Source: Cytophagales bacterium
GTDB lineage: Bacteria > Bacteroidota > Bacteroidia > Cytophagales > Spirosomataceae
NCBI GenBank assembly: GCA_038236215.1
Contig: JBBSTD010000014.1
Location: 5,937-69,936 of the forward strand
Reading direction: 5' to 3'
DNA length: 64,000 bases
Part shown: one piece after another, positions 30,394 through 39,932 of the stretch
How positions within the stretch are numbered: position 1 is the first letter of the stretch
How the letters are laid out: the number at the start of each line of letters is the position of its first letter
Notes under the pieces: generated by a model
The model's input: only the letters and a program-made list of their open reading frames with translations
Told to the model about the DNA's origin: nothing
Database searches by the model: none
Translations under genes and position numbers: made by a program

Positions 30394-30495
30394 TTAGTGT
30401 AGAATAGCCCGTATAAGAAGATATACCAGGGTAACCGTAATGAGAATCACTACCGTCCAGGGACCGGGAACAGGAAGTATCGTTTTACGTTTCAT
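30394..30495 (-). CDS. Small putative single-TM protein (33 aa)
   Basis: MKRKTILPVPGPWTVVILITVTLVYLLIRAILH; stop lies 8 nt before the next ATG. Confidence 0.4.
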   Translation of the reverse strand: MKRKTILPVPGPWTVVILITVTLVYLLIRAILH

Positions 30496-30666
30496 GTGGT
30501 AAGTAACCCGGGGATGCTCTACATTTCAGACTCACTACCTTCTATAAGTCACATAAAAAAGGTGATTAAGTCAATCTAATACCCTTTGTAGTCAAACTCG
30601 CTGAACAAATTACCTGATTACTCCGCTAGATGAAATTCCAGCCGTGAACGGGTAATTAGCTGGCAC

Positions 30667-30698
30667 AAAAAAAGCCCCTTTTTCCGAGGGGCTTTTTT
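30667..30698 (-). terminator. Intrinsic terminator downstream of tRNA-Glu (bidirectional)
   Basis: AAAAAAAGCCCCT-TTTTCCG-AGGGGCTTTTTT. Confidence 0.85.
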
Positions 30699-30708
30699 AA
30701 TTTGTTAG

Positions 30709-30780
30709 TGACCGATACGGGAATCGAACCCGTGTTACCGCCGTGAAAGGGCGATGTCCTAACCGCTAGACGAATCGGCC
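30709..30780 (-). tRNA. tRNA-Glu (TTC), CCA not encoded
   Basis: GGCCGAT/ATCGGTC acceptor stem, CT-TTC-AC anticodon loop, GGTTCGATTCC T-arm. Confidence 0.95.
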
Positions 30781-30840
30781 GTCTTGTTTAAAAGACCCAA
30801 CTGTTTAGCTGATTAGCTGCCCTGTTGGCGAAACGTGGTG

Positions 30841-30848
30841 CAAAGGTA
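30841..30848 (-). promoter_or_regulatory. Bacteroidota -7 promoter element for the tRNA
   Basis: TACCTTTG on the minus strand, with a TTGC about 20 nt upstream. Confidence 0.65.
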
Positions 30849-30962
30849 AGGTGATGTTTTAAAAATGCAATGCACACCGCCAAAATTTTTCTGAAAAAAG
30901 GGTTTCTGACCGATTTACTGCTATTTTTGAGCCAGTTAGCTTCTTCGTTTTTTTCTTCATCT

Positions 30963-33536
30963 ATGAAACATGTTTTCCTGCTGGCGGCCCTGGCAACGTT
31001 ATTACTGACCTATCCGTCCAGACTTGTATTGGCCCAGGCATCAACAACGACCTCAACCAGCGTATCATCACCCGCTCAGTTTCTGGGCTATCAACTGGGT
31101 GACCGATTTACGCCCCACCATCGCCTAATTGCCTATGCCGAACAGGTGGCCCGGCAGTTACCCAATCGCGTTAAACTGATTCCTTATGGGCAAACCTACG
31201 AAGGCCGCCAACTGATGGTGGTCGTTGTTGCCTCCGAAGGAAATCTGGCGCGGCTGGAAGAAATCAGAATAAACAACCTGAAACGTACCGGTCTGCTGGA
31301 AGGAACCCCGACCACCACGCCCCAGCCGCCCATTGCCTGGCTGAGTTACAACGTGCATGGCAACGAGGCCGTTAGCTCGGAAGCCTTTATGGAGGTACTG
31401 TATCGGCTGACCAACACCAGTGATGCCGTTACGCAGAAGATCATGAATACGACGGTGGTCCTGCTCGACCCCGGCCTGAACCCCGACGGGCACGACCGTT
31501 ACGTGAACTGGTACAACCAGATGCTGGGTAGTACGCCTAACCCGAACCCCATAGCCCGCGAACACAGCGAACCCTGGCCCGGTGGTCGGTATACCCATTA
31601 TCTCTTCGATCCAAACCGCGACTGGGCCTGGCAAACGCAGGAAAATACGCAGCAGCGTATGGCGCTTTATCAGCAATGGATGCCCCAACTCCACGCCGAT
31701 TTTCACGAAATGGGCGCGGAGAGTGCCTATTATTTTGCGCCATCGGCCAAGCCCTACCACCAGGATATTACGCCATACCAGCGCCAGTTTCAGCAAATTA
31801 TCGGGCAGTATAGCAGTCGGGCCTTCGATAAAAATGGCTGGCTCTACTACACCCGCGAACGGTATGACCTGTTTTATCCCAGCTATGGCGACACCTACCC
31901 AACGTACAACGGAGCCATCGGCATGACGTTCGAACAGGGCGGGGGCGGTCGGGCGGGGCTGGCTTATCAGAAGGATGATGGAGACACGCTCACCCTCCGT
32001 CAGCGCATCGACCACCATTACGCATCGGGCATCGCCACGCTCGAATCCGTTGCCGACCGGCCTGCTGAAATCGTGAAGGAGTTTGGACAGTTTTTCGATA
32101 AAGCCCGCCAAACACCCATTGGGGCCTACAAAAGTTACGTAATCAAAGCCAATGGCGATGCCGGACGAATCAGAGCGTTGCAGCAACTGCTGGACCGGAA
32201 TAAAATCAGCTATGGGTACGCCGGAAAGGCCCAAACCGCTACCGGGGCTTTTAATTACAGTACGCAGAAAACGGAGAAAAATACAGCGGTGGCCGCCGAA
32301 GACATGGTTATTAGTGCCTATCAGCCCAAATCGACGTTGCTTAAAATTCTCTTCGAGCCAAACTCGGCCCTGGAAGATTCGGCTACCTACGACATTACCG
32401 CCTGGTCGTTACCCTACGCCTATGGCCTGCAAACCTATGGCCTGACAACCCGCCTGAATCCAACCAGCACCACGCCCCCGGCTCCCGTGTCTCCGGCATC
32501 CACCAATGCCTACGCCTACCTGATTCGCTGGCAGTCGGTTCCGGCGGTGAAGACGTTAACGGCCCTGATGAAACAGAACGTGCGGGTTCGGGTAGCCGAA
32601 AAACCGTTTGAAGTAGAGGGAAAATCGTATCCGTATGGCACGCTACTAATTACCCGAACCGGCAATGAGCAGTTTGGCGACCGGCTGGGAACATTGGTAA
32701 TGGAAACTGCCATTGCTAACGGTGCTGACTATACGCCGGTACAAACCGGATTCGTTACGACCGGTTCCGACTTTGGCTCCGGTTCAGTGGCCGGGTTGAA
32801 AGCACCCAAAGTGGGTCTTGTAACGGGGGAGGGGACACCACCACCGTCGGCGGGGGAAATCTGGCACTTTTTCGACCAGACCCTCAACTATCCGATTACA
32901 CTGCTGGATGGCAGTTCGCTGGCTAACCTGGCCTGGACGAAGCTGGATGTGCTGATACTCCCGTCCAACTACAACTACAGCCGCATTTTACCCGAAAAGA
33001 CGCTGATGGCGCTGAAAGAATGGATTCGGGCGGGGGGCAAACTCATTGCGATGGAACGGGCCGCATCGTTTCTTGCGGGTAAAGATGGGTTCGACCTGAA
33101 AGAGAAATCAGGTGATGGAGATAAGCCAGATAAAGTTCGCCAGGGAAACAGGATCGATTCGCTCAAAGTATACGCCGACCGGGAGCGTTCGGCCCTCTCG
33201 GACGAAACGCCGGGCAGCATCTACCGGGTCAATATGGACACGACGCACCCACTCGGGTTTGGCCTGTCGGGTGGGTATTACTCGCTGGTACTGAACGCCT
33301 ATAACTTTGATTTTTTGAAGGACGGCTGGAATGTCGGCTACCTGAAAAATGACAATTACGTGGCTGGCTTTTCGGGGAAGAACGTAAAAGGAAAGCTGAA
33401 GAATACCCTCCTGATGGGTGTTCAGACGATGGGGCGCGGCAGCGTTGTGTACCTAGCCGATGACCCGCTCTTCCGGGGTTTCTGGTACAATGGCCAATTG
33501 CTCTTCAGTAATGCCGTCTTTATGGTTGGAAATTAA
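30963..33536 (+). CDS. M14 zinc carboxypeptidase with C-terminal glutamine-amidotransferase-like domain
   Basis: VHGNEAVS, DPNRDW, DFHEMG; signal peptide from ATG 30963. Confidence 0.85.
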   Translation: MKHVFLLAALATLLLTYPSRLVLAQASTTTSTSVSSPAQFLGYQLGDRFTPHHRLIAYAEQVARQLPNRVKLIPYGQTYEGRQLMVVVVASEGNLARLEEIRINNLKRTGLLEGTPTTTPQPPIAWLSYNVHGNEAVSSEAFMEVLYRLTNTSDAVTQKIMNTTVVLLDPGLNPDGHDRYVNWYNQMLGSTPNPNPIAREHSEPWPGGRYTHYLFDPNRDWAWQTQENTQQRMALYQQWMPQLHADFHEMGAESAYYFAPSAKPYHQDITPYQRQFQQIIGQYSSRAFDKNGWLYYTRERYDLFYPSYGDTYPTYNGAIGMTFEQGGGGRAGLAYQKDDGDTLTLRQRIDHHYASGIATLESVADRPAEIVKEFGQFFDKARQTPIGAYKSYVIKANGDAGRIRALQQLLDRNKISYGYAGKAQTATGAFNYSTQKTEKNTAVAAEDMVISAYQPKSTLLKILFEPNSALEDSATYDITAWSLPYAYGLQTYGLTTRLNPTSTTPPAPVSPASTNAYAYLIRWQSVPAVKTLTALMKQNVRVRVAEKPFEVEGKSYPYGTLLITRTGNEQFGDRLGTLVMETAIANGADYTPVQTGFVTTGSDFGSGSVAGLKAPKVGLVTGEGTPPPSAGEIWHFFDQTLNYPITLLDGSSLANLAWTKLDVLILPSNYNYSRILPEKTLMALKEWIRAGGKLIAMERAASFLAGKDGFDLKEKSGDGDKPDKVRQGNRIDSLKVYADRERSALSDETPGSIYRVNMDTTHPLGFGLSGGYYSLVLNAYNFDFLKDGWNVGYLKNDNYVAGFSGKNVKGKLKNTLLMGVQTMGRGSVVYLADDPLFRGFWYNGQLLFSNAVFMVGN

Positions 33537-33633
33537 TTGTGAATGAATGAATGTTTGGAGCACTTCGAGAATTAGTAGCTATGCATTCTAACTATTCATT
33601 CATTCATTCGCTCATTCACACAATCACTCATTA
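33534..33633. repeat. GAAT/ATTC-rich foldback element
   Basis: TAATTGTGAATGAATGAATG versus CATTCATTCATTCGCTCATTCACACAAT; spans from the stop codon to 6 nt before ATG 33640. Confidence 0.7.
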
Positions 33634-33639
33634 TCAGTA

Positions 33640-34614
33640 ATGAAAGCAATTCTCTGCCGCTCGTTCGGCTTGCCCGATACCCTCACGCTGGAAGACGTGC
33701 CGTCGCCCACGCCCGGCCCTGGTGAGGTGCTTATTCAGACGAAGGCCTGTAGTCTCAACTTCCCGGATACGCTGACGATTCAGGATAAATACCAGTTTAA
33801 ACCGCCATTGCCGTTTTCGCCGGGGAGCGAATCGTCGGGCGTGGTGAAAGTCGTGGGGGAGAATGTCACCCACCTCAAACCCGGCGACCGGGTATTTACG
33901 TTCGGGTCGCACGGGGGGCTGGCCGAAGAACGGATTTCGGATGCCCGCGCGACCATCCCAATTCCCGACGGGATGGACTTCATTACCGGCGCGTCGACGC
34001 TGTACGCGTATGGTACATCGTACCATGCTCTGAAAGACCGCGCCCAGTTACTGGCTGGAGAGACTTTGCTTGTATTGGGAGCTGCTGGGGGCGTGGGACT
34101 GGCCGCCGTTGAGCTGGGTAAACTGATGGGCGCTATCGTTATTGCTGCGGCTTCGACGGAGGAGAAACTAGCGGTTTGTAAACAAAAAGGAGCTACTCAC
34201 CTCATCAACTACACGACGGAAGACCTGCGCGAACGGATCAAGAAAATAACGGGCGGCAAAGGTGTCGATGTGGTGCTGGACTCGGTGGGGGATAAATGGG
34301 CGGAACTCGCGATTCGGTCGATGGCTTGGCGAGGGCGGTATCTGGTTGTTGGCTTCGCCGGGGGCGAAATACCTAAAATTCCGCTGAACCTGGCCCTGCT
34401 CAAAGGCTGTGCCATCGTGGGGGTATTCTGGGGCGCATTTACGCAGAAAGAAGCCGCACTTAGCCAGCGAAATATGCAGAAGATAGCTACCTGGGTGATG
34501 CAGGGCAAACTCACCCCGCACATATACAGGCAATACGCGCTAGCCGAAGCTCCGCAGGCACTGACCGATATGATGGAACGGCGGGTTATCGGGAAAGCGG
34601 TAGTCGTGCTGTAG
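33640..34614 (+). CDS. NADPH:quinone oxidoreductase (zeta-crystallin/MDR family)
   Basis: SLNFPD, LVLGAAGGVG, GKAVV. Confidence 0.9.
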   Translation: MKAILCRSFGLPDTLTLEDVPSPTPGPGEVLIQTKACSLNFPDTLTIQDKYQFKPPLPFSPGSESSGVVKVVGENVTHLKPGDRVFTFGSHGGLAEERISDARATIPIPDGMDFITGASTLYAYGTSYHALKDRAQLLAGETLLVLGAAGGVGLAAVELGKLMGAIVIAAASTEEKLAVCKQKGATHLINYTTEDLRERIKKITGGKGVDVVLDSVGDKWAELAIRSMAWRGRYLVVGFAGGEIPKIPLNLALLKGCAIVGVFWGAFTQKEAALSQRNMQKIATWVMQGKLTPHIYRQYALAEAPQALTDMMERRVIGKAVVVL

Positions 34615-34677
34615 AAAAGATACAAGTATCCTGCCGGAGGTAAACGTTCTTTTTTCGGACTGGTTGATGCACTACGT

Positions 34678-35748
34678 ATGCGAAAAATTTTCCTTGTCTT
34701 GCTGTTAGTATGTCCGCTAGCCAGCGTCGGGCAGGGCTTTCAGGGGCTTCGGCTGCTGGGGATTTCACTGGATAGTATACTGAAAACCAGTACGCCCCGC
34801 GTCGACCGGGCGTACGTGACTACCTACTATCGCCGACTACACCTGTATATCGTTAGCGACAAACAGGATTACACATTGCGGGTAGTTGGTTCGCCCTATT
34901 CAATCGCTTACAAACCCAACCTGGCCTATACGCTGGGTGTTGGTATCGACTATAAATGGTTTGGAACGGAATTGACGGTCAAGCTGCCTTTTCTGGGGTA
35001 TAACACTACCACAAAGGGCCAGACCAAACCCTTCGGCCTGACTATCAACCTCAATAATCGGCGGCTCTGGTTCTCTACACAGTACCAGTTTTATCGGGGC
35101 TTCTACCTGAACAACACGGATATTCTGCAACCCGGCTGGTTTGATAATCACACCACCTATCTGTACCGGAATGATATTCGCAGTCAGACGGTCGTGAGCC
35201 ATGTGCTGTACCAGTTCAATCCCCTACATGTTTCCATTCCGGCCACGTTGCTTCAGCGGGAGGAACAGCGTAAAACCGCTGGTTCCTGGTTTGTCGGCGG
35301 GTCGGTGAGTTACCAGCTCATTCGGGCCGATTCATCGCTGGTGCCATCGGTAGTGCAGGCTGATTTTCGTCCCGAAGCCCGGTTGCTGAGACTGAGTTCG
35401 GTAGCGTTGGGAGTCGAAGGAGGGTACACGCATACGGTTGTTTTTCGGAAACATTATTTCGCCAGTGCTACGCTGCGTCCGGGCCTTACACTACTTTTTC
35501 GGCAGTCCCGAACGGCACTGGATAGGGCAGAAAACCGGGTTCAGGTAGGCTGGGAGGGGAACGCGTCGGTCACGCTGGGGTATAGTTCGGATGTGTTTTA
35601 TGGTGGTATCTATGGCTCCAGTGCGCTGCTCAATCGCACTTTTTCGCAGGGACTAATTAACACGGAGTTCAATTACTTCCGTTTGGTCTTTGGCAAGCGA
35701 CTGCGCTACCAGCCGAAGGGAATTATTAAGAAAGTGCCGGGGCTTTAA
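34678..35748 (+). CDS. DUF4421-like outer membrane protein
   Basis: Signal peptide; YKPN...GVGIDYKWFG and YQFYRGFYL; amphipathic beta-strand pattern. Confidence 0.65.
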   Translation: MRKIFLVLLLVCPLASVGQGFQGLRLLGISLDSILKTSTPRVDRAYVTTYYRRLHLYIVSDKQDYTLRVVGSPYSIAYKPNLAYTLGVGIDYKWFGTELTVKLPFLGYNTTTKGQTKPFGLTINLNNRRLWFSTQYQFYRGFYLNNTDILQPGWFDNHTTYLYRNDIRSQTVVSHVLYQFNPLHVSIPATLLQREEQRKTAGSWFVGGSVSYQLIRADSSLVPSVVQADFRPEARLLRLSSVALGVEGGYTHTVVFRKHYFASATLRPGLTLLFRQSRTALDRAENRVQVGWEGNASVTLGYSSDVFYGGIYGSSALLNRTFSQGLINTEFNYFRLVFGKRLRYQPKGIIKKVPGL

Positions 35749-35844
35749 TGGCGTTGAGTAAACAGGCGGATTACACCTTTGATAAAGTGTTGAACTCTGT
35801 CAAAGGTGTAATCCGCCTTCCCGTTTATCAATAAAGACCGAGCA

Positions 35845-37152
35845 CTACAACTCAATTTGGGCCAGTCCAACCGAATTTTTGTTGTTGGGATTCTTAATCT
35901 CGTACGCCACAACAAGATGATTGTCAACCACGACACCGGTTGCGTTCGTGCCGCTGATGGTGTTTTTTGCGAAATGGGTCGTTGGGTTCTGATTCGCCGT
36001 GATGTTTTTATAAGCAATCACCGACGATACGCCCGCTTCCGTTTCCTGGTTCTGCTCCCAAAGCAGGACCGACGATGTGGGGGCCGATACGAAGAACGCA
36101 TTTTTGGCGGTTGGGTCATCCAGTACAAACGGGCGTTTTCCCTGCTGCGTGGCTACCCGGATTCCCGGCGAATCGGTGGTGCCGGACATCCAGGCAATCA
36201 GGTTGCCGTTAGCATTGGCACTGGACGTTGGGCCGGAGTGCGGGCACCCGTTGATTTTCCAGTTATCAGCCAGCAAAATGGCTGCTTTGGAGAACGTTGC
36301 ACCATTGTCCGAAGTGGTCATTTTGGCAATGTCGCGCGTGTTGTCCTGATTTTCCCGGTAATACAGGTTAAGAATGCCTTTGTTGTCGACCAGCAGGCTG
36401 ATGTTGCAGCAATCGCACGTAAATGGATCAAGCGTTTTTACGTCCCCGAATGCGTCGCCGGTCGAGGTGACAAATTTCAGGTCCCGCTCGTGTTGTTTTC
36501 CCGGAATATCGCTCAGGTAGGCCACCGCCACTTCGCCATTAGCGAGTACAATGGCATCGAAGAAACCGCGAACCATGTTTGACGTCCGGTCGGCATGAAC
36601 CGGAGCTGGGTTGCTCCAGGTGTTTCCTCCGTCTTTCGACAGGCTGTAAAGAATCTGCAAATCGGACGGTCGCCCCCCCCGGGCTCCACCTTTAGCGGGG
36701 CCATCGGCTTTTGGCTTCGCTCCCCCGTGACTGTCGCCGTGTTCGTGACTGGCAGGGGCTGCTTCATGATTCGCATGGGCTGGTGCGGGTTGTAAAGCAC
36801 TAACTGGGCTTCCGGGCAATGTGAAGACCGCCATCAGGGAGCTATCTTTTTTGACCAGCAGTTTGGGGCGCATCAGGCGGGAACTGCCGATACCCACCGA
36901 GGAGTAGATAAGTTTTTTGTCGCCAAACGTCCGGCCTTTATCGGTCGATTCGGCCCAGTAAAAATAAACGATTCCTTCCCGGTCTTTTTCGGTCCACGAC
37001 AGGGCTACGTTACCAGCTGGCGTTTTTACGAGCGTCGGTACCGCGTAGGCGCGGGTAGAATCGCCGAACGGTTTAGGATTGCTGGCGAAGCCGGCTAGGG
37101 CTGAAGCAGCCATGAAACCAGCGCAGAGAAGCGTTTTATATAGCTTGGTCAT
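35845..37152 (-). CDS. Secreted Asp-box (BNR) beta-propeller protein with a His-rich insert and CxCC / CPH motifs
   Basis: STDKGRTF, SKDGGNTW, SDNGATF Asp boxes; HANHEAAPASHEHGDSH; TCDCC; GCPHSGP. Confidence 0.75.
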   Translation of the reverse strand: MTKLYKTLLCAGFMAASALAGFASNPKPFGDSTRAYAVPTLVKTPAGNVALSWTEKDREGIVYFYWAESTDKGRTFGDKKLIYSSVGIGSSRLMRPKLLVKKDSSLMAVFTLPGSPVSALQPAPAHANHEAAPASHEHGDSHGGAKPKADGPAKGGARGGRPSDLQILYSLSKDGGNTWSNPAPVHADRTSNMVRGFFDAIVLANGEVAVAYLSDIPGKQHERDLKFVTSTGDAFGDVKTLDPFTCDCCNISLLVDNKGILNLYYRENQDNTRDIAKMTTSDNGATFSKAAILLADNWKINGCPHSGPTSSANANGNLIAWMSGTTDSPGIRVATQQGKRPFVLDDPTAKNAFFVSAPTSSVLLWEQNQETEAGVSSVIAYKNITANQNPTTHFAKNTISGTNATGVVVDNHLVVAYEIKNPNNKNSVGLAQIEL

Positions 37153-37257
37153 AAGACGGATAATTTTCTAACGAATTGATTGAACAGAGGTTGACAGGTA
37201 GGGCCAGCCAGATGGAGGGGTGAGTAAGGCAGATTTTAACAGCAGGTTGTTGCCAGG

Positions 37258-39690
37258 TTAGAAATGATACGACAGGGTAGTGACAAACTGCCGGGGCGGA
37301 ATGGGTGTAATACTATAATTGTCGTGAATCAGGTAATTCAGTTCATTGGTGATGTTGGCGATTTTAGCCAGTAGTGAGAGATGGCGGTAGGTGTACCCGG
37401 CCGTTAGATCGATCGTCGTAAAACCGGTTAGTGGAATCAATCGGCTAAACGGCTGTGCCTGACCGATGCGGTTGTTATACCCACCCAAACGGGCACCGGT
37501 ATAAAAAGCGGAAGCTCCTACTTTCAGGCCCCGAAGTTGGGGTAGATCGAATGTGTAAAAGACGGTCGCATTAGCGGTGTGTGTAGGATTGTTGGTTAGC
37601 CTTTCGCCCTGAATAAATGAACCCACCACCGCCGATGTCCGGGTGTAGCGCATGTAGTTGTAACTGTAGCCGGCAATGAAAAACAGGCGTTCGGATGGGG
37701 TACCGCTCAGGTCCAGTTCAAAACCGTCGCTGGTGGTCTGGCCGGTAAATTCCTTTACGTTGGTGTCGGTATTGGGCGAACCATCGAGCCGGAAGGGCGC
37801 CATCTGGGCGAAGTTGCCGTTGATAATGCGGTAAACGCTTGCATTGGCCGTCAGCCGTCCGCCGAACAGTTCATTTTTGACCCCTACTTCAACCTGGTCG
37901 ATGATGGACGGCTTGAGCGCCCGGCTGTATATATCGACACCCGTATTGATGGTGAAGTTGTTGGCGTAGCTGCCAAAGAAGGAGGTAGACCGGGTGGGTT
38001 GGTAAACCAGGGCAACCTTGGGCGAAAAAGCGGCATCCGTCTTAGTTTCTGCCGAACCCCGACTCTCCGTTCCGTTCGTCAGGTTCTGTATCGTTGTCTG
38101 CACTGTTTGTTGCGACGACCACCGTAGTCCGGCCAGCACTTTCAGTTTATCTGACAAACTGATCAGGTCCTGTGCGTAAAATCCCAGGCGCAGTGAGGGA
38201 GAGGAAGTGCGGGTAATGGCCCGACTGTCGGGTACATCGGTACGGGCCGTGTATTTAGTGGGGTTAATAACGTTGATCGTGTCGTAGGCAGCCACTGTCC
38301 GTCCGTTGCTGGTGATGGAGAAAGCGCTGGTGGCGGTAGTGATGCCAACCAGATCAGTACCGATCAGCAACCGATGCCCAATGGAACCCGTTTTTACCGT
38401 ACCGTTCAGATTTAGCTGCCCTGTGTAGTCGTTCTCGGCCGTTTGGGTTCGGCTCAACGCCCTGATCCAGTCACCGTTGGACTGAACGGTGTTGGGATTT
38501 ACCGCACCGAACGCGGTAACCTTCGTTTGCTGCGCGGAGGCAATAGCGGTCAATTTCCAGTTATTGCTGAAGGCATGATCGATGTTCAGAGAGCCGGAAA
38601 CCTGGTTTACCTTATTGTAGGCCCACAGGGTGTTAATGAACCGCGAACGGGGAACGTTAGTGGGAATAATGGCCTCCTGGGTAGCATTCAGTGAGCCAAC
38701 GCCATTGTCGGGTGTCAGATTAGACTGTAGGTAATCGCCCTGGAGCAGCAGGGTTGTTTTCGGCCCCAGTTTGTACAGCAGGGATGGGTTAACGTACACC
38801 CGGTTCGTTTTTACTACGTCCCGGTAGCTGTTGGCGGTTTCGTAGGTACCCACTACCCGAAAGGCCAGATTTTTGGCCAGTGGGCCGTATAGATCAATGG
38901 TTGGTTTGTAAAGGCCGTAACTGCCAATCCGCATGGAAACTTCGCCCCCGCGCTCAAATTTTGGTTTCTTCGTGATCATGTTGATGATCAGACCACCCGA
39001 TACATTCCCGTACAGCATGGCCGCACTACCTTTCAGCACCTCAACCGATTCCAGCGTACTGGCTTCGGGAAAGCCCACGGTGTTGGTGACAACCCCGTTT
39101 TTGAAAATACTACCCCCCGCCCCGGCAATGCCGATGCTGTAGCCCCGGGCCGAAAAGGTCTCGGCTACCCCACCCCGCTGCTGGGTGAGCGATACACCAC
39201 TGACATTTTTAAGCACATCGCCCAGGCGGGAAGCCTGCTGGCTCGTAATCACGACGTTACTCACGGTGCCGGTCATCTGTGGCATGTCCAGCGGAGCCAG
39301 GTTCGCTTTTCCCAGGGCAACAGCTTTGTTGGCCCCTGTCACATCTACTTCGGTCAGCTGGGATGCGCTCTCGGTCAGTGAAAAGTCGGTACTGGTTGTT
39401 TGACCCGCTATAACCTTCACGGTCTTTTCCTGTGATTTCAGCCCCACGAAGGTAGCTTGCAGGGTGTAGGTACCTGCGCTGATTCCGTGTAGCTGATAGG
39501 TCCCATCTTCGGCTGTGATCGTCCCTTTGCGGGTATCCTTCAGGCTGATATTGACAAAGGATCCCGGACTGCCGTCGCTGGTTTTCACCACCCCACTAAT
39601 CGAGCCGTGTGTTTGGGAAAAAGCCGGTGTACTGCAAAGTGCCAGCCATAGGAAGTAGCGTAAGAAAGATCTGTTGTATAGAAGTTGCAT
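37258..39690 (-). CDS. TonB-dependent receptor (siderophore-receptor type) with N-terminal carboxypeptidase-like domain
   Basis: GDVLKNVSGV plug, VEVLKGSAAMLYG, C-terminal aromatic residue (YHF). Confidence 0.9.
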   Translation of the reverse strand: MQLLYNRSFLRYFLWLALCSTPAFSQTHGSISGVVKTSDGSPGSFVNISLKDTRKGTITAEDGTYQLHGISAGTYTLQATFVGLKSQEKTVKVIAGQTTSTDFSLTESASQLTEVDVTGANKAVALGKANLAPLDMPQMTGTVSNVVITSQQASRLGDVLKNVSGVSLTQQRGGVAETFSARGYSIGIAGAGGSIFKNGVVTNTVGFPEASTLESVEVLKGSAAMLYGNVSGGLIINMITKKPKFERGGEVSMRIGSYGLYKPTIDLYGPLAKNLAFRVVGTYETANSYRDVVKTNRVYVNPSLLYKLGPKTTLLLQGDYLQSNLTPDNGVGSLNATQEAIIPTNVPRSRFINTLWAYNKVNQVSGSLNIDHAFSNNWKLTAIASAQQTKVTAFGAVNPNTVQSNGDWIRALSRTQTAENDYTGQLNLNGTVKTGSIGHRLLIGTDLVGITTATSAFSITSNGRTVAAYDTINVINPTKYTARTDVPDSRAITRTSSPSLRLGFYAQDLISLSDKLKVLAGLRWSSQQTVQTTIQNLTNGTESRGSAETKTDAAFSPKVALVYQPTRSTSFFGSYANNFTINTGVDIYSRALKPSIIDQVEVGVKNELFGGRLTANASVYRIINGNFAQMAPFRLDGSPNTDTNVKEFTGQTTSDGFELDLSGTPSERLFFIAGYSYNYMRYTRTSAVVGSFIQGERLTNNPTHTANATVFYTFDLPQLRGLKVGASAFYTGARLGGYNNRIGQAQPFSRLIPLTGFTTIDLTAGYTYRHLSLLAKIANITNELNYLIHDNYSITPIPPRQFVTTLSYHF

Positions 39691-39748
39691 TTATTTAGAC
39701 TGATTATAATTTAGGCAAAGGTAAAACCGAATCTTTTGGATGCAAGAG

Positions 39749-39771
39749 TTATTTAGAAAAATTCTTAATAA
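39749..39771. promoter_or_regulatory. AT-rich palindromic operator candidate upstream of the TonB receptor
   Basis: TTATTTAGAA-AAA-TTCTTAATAA; second half-site TTATTTAGA at 39691-39699; -7 TACCTTTG at 39723-39716. Confidence 0.55.
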
Positions 39772-39854
39772 TCGTTTTGGCAGCCTATTTCAGTCAGCCG
39801 CAGGGTTACGGGAGCGGGTGAGGGCTGGTGAACCCGGTCTTTTGAGCGTTTTCT

Positions 39855-39912
39855 AAAAAAAGAGCCGTGGTCGCATCATCGGTGTGTATTACCCGACGAT
39901 ACGACCACGGTT
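39855..39912 (-). terminator. Intrinsic terminator after the GH92 gene
   Basis: CCGTGGTCG/CGACCACGG stem extended by G-U pairs on the minus strand, followed by a T7 tract. Confidence 0.7.
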
Positions 39913-39932
39913 CTGGTCTACTGACTGTATGC

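Noticed and set aside
30709-30780. tRNA-Glu as an island integration site
   Set aside because: No integrase and no duplicated tRNA 3' end were seen in the window; the flanks look like ordinary backbone.
22650-32234. Long antisense ORFs such as 22650-23717, 31158-32234 and 14106-14858
   Set aside because: They shadow well-supported genes on the opposite strand, which is expected in GC-rich coding DNA, and carry no recognisable motifs.
35845-37152. Calling the Asp-box protein a sialidase
   Set aside because: Only structural Asp boxes are visible; no FRIP motif or sialic acid catabolic context.
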